A DNA stretch of 64,000 nucleotides, from NCBI RefSeq assembly GCF_009914755.1, contig NC_060935.1. One strand, given 5' to 3'. Positions 55,715 through 64,000 of the stretch are shown one piece after another. The notes beneath the pieces are model-generated. The model had not been told where the DNA came from. It searched no databases and saw nothing but the letters and a program-made list of their open reading frames with translations. This DNA is from the human T2T-CHM13v2.0 reference genome, Homo sapiens. The position numbers and the translations under genes are program-made. Positions within the stretch are counted from its first letter, which is position 1, and the number at the start of each line of letters is the position of its first letter.

Positions 55715-57216
55715 GAAAATGGAAACTATAACCCACGGGCTTGGCTTCCATCACTTTTCTTCAGGGCTTTTTGGTTTCAGAAGCAGAAGCACTGTCTTCT
55801 CCCGGCCTCAGCATGCACTGCTCCCTCCTTCCCTCCTTGTTCCCTTGGCCAACGCTATGCCTATCTAAAGACTCAGCCCAGGTTTCACCTCTCCTTCAGC
55901 TCTCCTTGCCTGTCCTGAGATCTTGCAGGAAAAACAGAGCCTCCTGGCTTCTCCTCGACTCCCTTTGTACCCCCAGCCGTAGCCCAGTCTCTGTATAGAA
56001 GTTAACGCACTTCAATGGGACTCTTTTTTTTGGTTTGACCATTCTCTTTTACAAGAGAAAGTATATCAAATGCCTACTATGTGCCAGGAACTGTGCTCGG
56101 CACTGGGGATGTGGTGGTGAACTAGACAGCGATAGCTCTTGCCTGCATGGAATTTACAGTCTGGTGATGCCGATTTTGTCTTGTGAACGTTTGAATCCCC
56201 TGTGCCCGGCACAGGGCCTCGCAGAAACAGCCCCTCCACAAAGTGTGATGAGTACGGGACTGGGATGCCTGGAGGAGAGGCAGAGGCTGTCCGAGGGTGG
56301 GTTGGCTGGGGAAGCAGGTAAGTGAATTATTGGGCCCTCTTCACACAGCAGGGGCAGGAGTCACAGTTCTGGCTGGAGCTCACTCACAGGGCTTGTAACC
56401 ATCCCAGACGAGTGCAGAACTATCCAGTCGGTGTGGTTTAACCATATATAACCCTCCTCTATCCATTATTCCGTCCTCAGATACCAATTCCTAGTTGGTA
56501 ACTTGGCCCACAAGACCCTGAAAATAGATTTAAATTATTGCTTTATTTCCCACCCAGCTCAGGGTGTTGATTTATGCTGCCCAAACAATCAAGCCTTTAT
56601 CTCAGTCACCCAGCAGCATTAGCAGCGATTTATCATGTTTTACTTCTGCCTGTACTAACCCAGGCTGACGCCTGTTGGTTGTGTCCTTCTCTTCTCAGGA
56701 AAATGCAGTAACAGGTAGGCACAAGCAGTAATGGTAGCAAAGGCCAGGGTTGCTTCCTACAGCCCGGAGCGAGGAGCCAAGAAGGTGCTTAACCTGGAGG
56801 CCCTTTTATTTTATGATAGAGTGAAAGGATCTGTCCCTGGATGGCCGGGGTTCTGGTCCCAGCCGTGTTGTTAACCAGCTGAACAAGCTTGAGCAAGTTA
56901 CGTTCCCTCTCTGGGTCTTGATTTCCTCATATTTGACCCTTTCTGACCACTGATTCCCAGGAGGTCTGCAGGAGAGATTAAAGGCAGCTTGAAGCGGGTC
57001 ACCAAACAAGAGCTTTGGGTTTTGCTCTTTAAAAGCTTAACCTGACCAACTTTACCCCCAGCAGTACTGTCCCTGAGACACACTGTAGCCATGAGCGCTG
57101 CAAAACCAGCTCACCCCATCAGAACAGGTGGGCGTGCCTAGCCAGAGAGGGGAGGGTAGTCCAGGGGAGCTCGAAGAAGTCAAAAATGCCAACCAACTCT
57201 AAGACCTCATGATTCA

Positions 57217-57548
57217 GCCAGGGTAAGAATCCAGATCCAGCCCCCTTCCTGTTTGTTACAACCTGAGAGCTAAGAATGGCTTTTATATGGTTGAAATGGT
57301 TGGGGGGAAAAAGAAAACACCAAAAGGAGATTATTTCATGACACATTAAAATTACATGAAATTCAAATTTCGGTGCCCATAAATAGAGTGTTTTTGGAAC
57401 ACAGCCATGCCCGCTCACCCATGTATTGTCCACAGCTGCTTGTGCGCTGCCACGGCAGAGCTGAGGTGGTTGCCACAGAGACCTTGTGGCTTGCACGGCC
57501 TGAAATATTTACTCTCTGGTCTCTTACAGAAAGTCTGGCGACCCTTAG
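57217..57548. mobile_element. MER58B hAT-Charlie element
   Basis: gagctaagaatggctttta...attcaaatttcggtgcccataaat...ggaacacagccatg...cctgaaatatttactctctgg. Confidence 0.85.
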
Positions 57549-59248
57549 GCTAGATGGTTGGTGTTGCCAGAAATTCCCATCCCAGATGCACCCCAGCACC
57601 AGGCTGTGTCATCTGCTTTCTGTTTTGTTTGGGAGGGCGCAGGCCTTTCTAGAGACTTCTAGGGGGAAGAAAGATCTGAGGTTTTCATCAGCTATAGAAA
57701 CCACCCTGGGACAAAGCCAAAGAGGCAGAATCCAGTGCCACGCCGAAGATGGTCGATCAGGCTGCCTCCGGTCACTTGGTAGGGCCCGAGAGCGGCCAAG
57801 GACACCGCCTGGGGCTCCTGTGCCCACCCTACCGGTCCCCTCCCTGCACCTGCACTGCCCTGCCCCCCTCAAGTATTCCATCCTACCCACCCTCGAAGGC
57901 CACCTCCTTCATGGAGCCTCACCTCTCCCCGCCCCTGCCTCAAAGGGTGCCCACTCCCCTTGACGCTCCCTCAACTCTTCATCAGAACTCCTCCTGTATC
58001 ACTCATCATTTCCTCCACCAGGGACAACAAATTGGTTTCATCTCAGGCAGGTTCCAACTGACTGGCGGTGGCTTCCTGTGTGGATAAGGATTGTGAGGCT
58101 CTTTGGGAGCTCAGAAATAAAAGACCCTGACGATCAACCAGCAGTGGCTGTACTGGGCGTGGGACAGGGTAAAGGCCCGTCCTGGGCATCCTGACTTCCT
58201 GGCGCCATGCCGTGTTCTAGGCTGGTGAACAGTAATGACGCCCTGGTGAGCTGTAAGCTTCTGGTAGGTAGTGGCCACATTCACCCCATACTCACGCTCC
58301 CACAATGCCAAGCCCAGTGCCTGGCACACAGCTGTCCTCGAGGCACATCTGGGGGGTTGCTGTAATTGATGATGCCCTGAAACCAGCCCCTTTGAAATGC
58401 CCCCTAGCAACTGGCACTAAAACACACCCCTTTGGCCCAGCGAGGCAATGCTGGGATGGGCACAAACTGCTTTACCAACCTAGTCCCAGGAGGAAATGAG
58501 GGGTGAGAAGAGGAGTGCAGGTTCCAGCTTCAGGGAGGAATCCTTGGCATTTACATAGCAAACAACACCCAGGTGAGGCGGTGTGTCAACAAGGCCCAGC
58601 TCAACAGCTCCCAAGTCTCAGCATATTTTAAATGTTTGCCACATGCCAGACATTAATATTTTAACGGCTGCACGTCCGTGGCAGGCGGAGCAGCATCCGG
58701 AACACAGCGTAAAAATTGAGTGATAATAGCCTGCCTGTATGCGAGGTCAGTGGGGCATTGCCGCGCCGGCTCCAGCCTCTCTAGAAGCCACTCACGCACC
58801 CCGCCATCCCCCACCCCCCTTCCCGAGGCTGACACAGCCTGAGGATGGCAGGGCTGTCTGCCAAAGTGCTGGGAACCGGCAGGGCTCTCCTGGCCTCAGT
58901 GACTCCAGGCAGCTCCCAGGACCCTTCATAAGCCCCCAAGTTGGGGGTGAAAGGGGTTATGGGTGATGTGTGCCGGGAACAAACTCAGTTCCAGCATAGG
59001 TGCAGTATCTTTGGCCAGGAATTCAGCAAGCTTTGGATATTTGAAATCCAGCAAGAGTATTCTGAGGGTGAGGGGGCTGTGCAGCAGTAGACAATGAAAG
59101 TTTCCTCCTTGGTAGAATTAATCAATGGAATTAGGAGATTCCTGATATCCCTTAAGACAGAAAATATGTGATTCAGGAAGGTGTATGACCAAATATCGCT
59201 CCCAGTTTTTCTTTCTAAAAATACACACACACAAGATGAATACTCAAA

Positions 59249-59270
59249 CCCCCCCCCCCCCCCCCCCCCC
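59249..59270. repeat. Poly-C (C22) homopolymer
   Basis: Direct count of 22 consecutive C. Confidence 0.95.
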
Positions 59271-59435
59271 ATCATATGAGACCTTTAAAAAATCCTCTCT
59301 GGCTAGTGTGTCTTAGAAGCTACTCGTTACTGCGCACTTGGCCTCCAAACACCTCAGTGAAGCAGTGTGGAAATTACAATGATGATTACTTGTTAATAAC
59401 AACTAGTGTTTAACGAGCACATAACCATGTTCAGT

Positions 59436-59638
59436 TGGGGTCAGCAAACTTTTTCTGCAAAGGACCAGGCAGCAAATGTTTTTGGCTTTGTGGGCCATCC
59501 TCAACTCTGCTGCTGTGGCTAGAAAGCAGCACAGACAAAACTTAAAGGGAAGAGAGAAGCTGTGTTCAAATCCAAGTTTGCAAAAAGAGGCCATGGGCCT
59601 GATTTGGCCCATGGGCTATAGTTTGTCAGTTCTGTTCT
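59436..59638. mobile_element. MER58A, inverted relative to the MER58B, nested in a MIR
   Basis: ggggtcagcaaactttttctgcaaagg ... gatttggcccatgggctatagtttg. Confidence 0.82.
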
Positions 59639-59739
59639 AGGCGGTGTGCTAAGTGTTTTAGTGCATAATCTCCTTGAATCCTCATAGTAACCTAGGGGGA
59701 GGGTGCTGTTATATATTCATTTTTAGAAATAAAGAAACT

Positions 59740-60121
<382 letters not shown>

Positions 60122-61219
60122 TCAAACACTTAACTCTAATTCTCTAGTTAAGAGTTTGTAGATGAGATTTATGGAGTCAGGTACTGTTACTGGTGATCAG
60201 GTACTGTTGTCTTTACAACTCAATTATTATACCCATTTTATAGATGACAAAACTAAGTCCAGATAGGTGAACTGACTGGCCCAAGGGTACACAGCTCAAA
60301 AGTGGCAGAGCAGAAGTCTGAACCTGAGTGGTCTCTAATTCCACAATCTCGTGTCTTAACTGCTTAACGCTCAGGACTTTCTTTGGAGGTAGGTCACTGG
60401 GCAGAAGGTCCAGGCGGGCAGAGCTCTGCCAAATCATTCCTTCATCACTGGAAAAATATGAGATCCAATCCCTACTCTGACTGTGCCCACCTGTCCCCAC
60501 AATAGGTCACAGGAAAAAGAGCTGACTGTGCTTTGTGGCCCCCTAACCCTGAACATATGTGGGGTTTCAAAGGCAAAAGGACTTGAAATCTGGACATGAA
60601 AGCCCCAGCCAGCTGCCCTGATCAAGTCTCAATCAATTAGTCCCTCCCGGCCCAGGCACTGGATCTCTCCGTGGAAGCTGGAAGGACAGAACCCCCACCC
60701 TGTGCCGAGTCAGCACTGGCATGCCCAGAATAGGAGCACTCAGCCCAGCGCCCCCCGCCCGCACAGCCCACTCATAATGACAGCCAGGCAGCCAGGTATG
60801 GAGCAGATAGCAATTTTCCTTTTTACTTATTGGTGCAAGGCAAGTCAGAGAGCCTGACAGGGCCCCAAACAAGCTGTCAGGAACTTCTAATTAAGGCTGA
60901 ATGGCATAAAGAGTGCACACGCCCTCCCAGCCTCAGAATTAGCAGGACAAAGTACCGAGATGGAGTCAGACAGGCTGAAAGAGAAAAGCCTGAAGTGGGG
61001 CTGGGAGGGGAGGGAGCCGAGGGCTGAATCATGAGAGGCGAGCCCCAGCCTCCCGGCCTTTGGAGCTGGCTCCAAGAGCTTGTCCCCTCTCCCAGGGCTC
61101 CAAGAGAACACGCGAATGAAGGGGGTAAAAACTGAACCACATCCCTTGCACTTGCAAACTCCACGCTTCCTCCTCCTTCTCACTTCCCAAAGAATTTGCT
61201 GAGTCTCAGAGAGGTACTG

Positions 61220-61435
61220 GGACGGTGTCTAAGTCTTGGACTTGAGTCAGCCAGACCTGGATTCAAACTCTGGCTCTCTTGCCATTTGAATTCCAGTTTC
61301 CTCATCTGTAAAATGGTGCACAGCAATAGTGGTGCTTGGCTTGAGCAGGGTGTGTGAGGATTAAATGAGAGAATTCCTGCAAAGTGCTTAGCACAGTACC
61401 TGACACATAATAAGTGCTTAATAAATGGCAGCTTT
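61220..61435 (+). mobile_element. MIR SINE
   Basis: cagtttcctcatctgtaaaatgg...gtgaggattaaatgaga...agtgcttagcacagtacctgacacataataagtgcttaataaatg. Confidence 0.85.
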
Positions 61436-62189
61436 TATGGTTTTCATTACCATTATTAGTTAACCATCATTAACCTGAGGTTACGCTGAGTCCTACATGA
61501 GGGACAGGCACAGACTTTGTCCTCTTAGAAGTGTCCTGAGGAAACATTTACTGGCCCTCTCATAAGCAATCTTGTTACATTTTCATCCTCAACGTTTGTC
61601 CAAGGCAGATGTGGCAATCCCCATTGTACAGATGAGAAAACCAAGATGCGGAGAGGTGAACTGACTTGCTCAGAACCTCATACTTAACAAGTGGCAGATT
61701 CCGGATTCAGATGCTGAAGTTAATCATCATAATCACAATAACAGCTACCATGTTCTGCACACTTGGACTGCACCAAGCACTATGCTAAACAAGTCATGTG
61801 CTATTTCCTCCAGTTACTGGCCCAGTTTTAAACAGCCTGGATAGCTAGAAAGAACTTCTTCTCAACTGAACCAAAATGTGCTACAATGTCTGCCCACGTG
61901 TCCTGAGTCTTCCTTTCGGAGATCCGTAGTTTAAGTCCAACCCTGTTCATATGTCACTCTCCAGGTGCCAAGGGTAATAGTCACCCCCTCCCCCAACCTG
62001 GAATTACTCTGGGTATTCCAACCATCCCTCAACAGCTGACATATTAGTTAGTTATTACAGTCAGGGGTTCCTGACCTCACCCTCCTGGCCCTGTTCTTTG
62101 GCCTGGGCCTGCTCCATTTGTCCATATATTTTCTGACTTGAGTATCTAAACCTGTGTTCCTAAATTGTTTAAAACTCGTCATGTTCCTC

Positions 62190-62404
62190 TTATATGTATA
62201 TATAAATATATGTAATATATAAATATGTAAACATATATTTAAATATATGTAATATATAAATATATAAGCATATATTTATATATAAAAATGTTTATATAAA
62301 ATATATCATATATCATATATAAATATATATCATATATAAATACATCATATAGAAAATATATAAATATATGATATATATGATATGTACATATATATATATA
62401 TATA
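62190..62404. repeat. Complex AT-rich / (TA)n low-complexity tract
   Basis: About 215 bp of almost pure A/T with recurrent atatatgtaatatata units. Confidence 0.92.
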
Positions 62405-62479
62405 TTTTTTTTGAGACGGAGTCTCGCTGTCGCCCAGGCTGGAGTGCAGTGGCGCGATCTCGGCTCACTGAAGTCTCCG
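62405..62479 (-). mobile_element. ~75-bp 3' remnant of a young Alu
   Basis: gagacggagtctcgctgtcgcccaggctggagtgcagtggcgcgatctcggctcactg with 7 CpGs intact. Confidence 0.9.
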
Positions 62480-62839
62480 TATATTACATATTTTTTAAAC
62501 TCACACTAATCATGATGTTTAAAATGTAAGTCATTTGTTCTTTACCAAGTAATTTCCAAAGAAAATTTTGTTTTGATCTTGAAAAGGCCACTGTTTTTGG
62601 TTTGGTATTGTTTTTGCGGTATTCTCAGGGTGACCATTAATTCTCCTTGCAAGTGGAGAATAGCACAATGGGTTACTTTCAACATCAGCTTCTTCTCTGC
62701 TTTGTAATTCGTGACATCCTTCCTCCTAGATTCTGCTAACCAGCCCCAGCTCCTGGGAAGGATCATGGCTCTACAGGAAAAACTTGAGGGTGGAAGCCAG
62801 AAGGCTTATGTCCAGGGCTCCAGCTGAAATGTATTTCTC

Positions 62840-63285
62840 TAAGTCAGGCACAGAAAGATAAATACCACATGCTCTCACTCATATGGGGGAGCTAAAAAAA
62901 AAAAAAAAAAGTTGAGCTCACAGAAGTAGAGAGTGAAACTGTGGTTATTAGAGGCTGGGAAAGATAAGGGGGAGGGGAGCCAGGGAGAGGCTGATTAACA
63001 GATCCAAAGTTACTGCTAGATAGGAGGAAAGAGTTCTAGTGCGCTAAAGCTCTGTAAGGTGAATATATTTAACAGCAATTTATTGTATGTTTTATAGAAG
63101 CTAGAAGAGAGGATTCTGAATGTTCCCAACACAAAGAAATGATAAATGTTTGAGGTGATGGATATGCTAATTACCCTGATTTGATCATTACACATTGTTA
63201 CAGGTATCACAATGTCACTCTGTATCCCATAAACATATATAATTGTATGGCAACTAAAAAGAAAAACGAAACAATAAATAAACAG
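62840..63285 (+). mobile_element. L1MA-type 3' UTR fragment
   Basis: caggcacagaaagataaataccacatg...aaatgataaatgtttgaggtgatggatatgctaattaccctgatttgatcattacacattgt, then A-rich tail. Confidence 0.9.
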
Positions 63286-63399
63286 ATAGAAGCATGGAGC
63301 CTGGAGTTCAGGCTGTGGACTGGCCCGCCTTGCCACCCTGTGGATTCAGGCTGAGGTGTAGACAACCAAACTCCTCTGGGTGTTTCAGATATGTTGCTG

Positions 63400-64000
63400 A
63401 CAAATCTCATCCCCCATCCTGTCTCAATGCCTTCTGATTCTAGAAACAGTAGTTCCCACATATTCCTATTCAGTTTCATCTCATGTCCTACCCATAACTC
63501 CAGTCTATTGAAATAGCTTTGTATCATGTTTATTTCATAGCAAGGGGTTACGAGTATAGGTTCTGGAGCCAGATGGCCTGAGGTTGAATCTTAGTTCTGC
63601 AACTGGTTATCTCAGTTTCCTCATCTGTAAGATGAGAATAACAATGTGAAGTACCTCATTGGGCTGCTACAAAAATTAAATGCCAACACGTGATGTGTTT
63701 AAGAAAAGTGCCAAGCATGTGGTAAGTGCTGTAGTATGTTAGCTGTTAGCTATTTTTTAAAAAGTATTACTACTATACTGGTATTTATTACCCCTTGTAG
63801 CTTTAGGTCATTCACAGATTTTATTAGTATATCCTCTATATCTGCACCAAAGTCACCGATAACACATTTTGGAAAAAATAGGGGATCCCCATATTTCCAG
63901 ATATGTTCCTCCAGTTTTGATCTCGGTCCATTAGGCATTCATTCCCTTGACCTGTTCCAAATACTCCTTATTGGATACCATCCAGGTTACAAATATCCAG
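63400..64000 (-). mobile_element. CR1/L3 fragments with a nested sense-strand MIR (~63535-63750)
   Basis: atttattaccccttgtagctttaggtcattcacagattttattagtat resembles antisense CR1 RT. MIR core ctcagtttcctcatctgtaagatgag. Confidence 0.65.

Noticed and set aside
57217-59638. MER58B and MER58A in inverted orientation as a possible composite transposon
   Set aside because: Both are common, diverged, independent insertions with no shared outer TSD and no transposase between them.

Overview
This is primate genomic DNA, most likely human judging from AluJ/S/Y together with MIR, L2, CR1/L3, L1M and hAT elements. It looks intergenic or deep-intronic. I find no credible protein-coding exon, RNA gene or CpG island; the ORF-track hits are Alu translations or chance open frames. 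Much of the window is recognisable interspersed repeat, interleaved with AT-rich, homeodomain/FOX-motif-dense unique blocks that resemble developmental enhancers (conservation untested). The most unusual structure is a ~195-bp, ~97% identical inverted duplication of unique sequence (9495-9688 / 10721-10915) enclosing a 1032-bp spacer, with a palindromic junction. It is a candidate inversion-polymorphism substrate or long dsRNA hairpin. Other points of note are a perfect 20-bp-stem hairpin (4073-4122), a 14-bp hairpin inside an L1 fragment, a mosaic AluYd-like element, a short CpG-intact Alu remnant, and a possible recursive-splice-like AG|GTGAGT site. I cannot support a wholly new biological system here, nor assign a locus. 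Repeat subfamilies are recalled from consensus sequences, and boundaries of old repeats are approximate.
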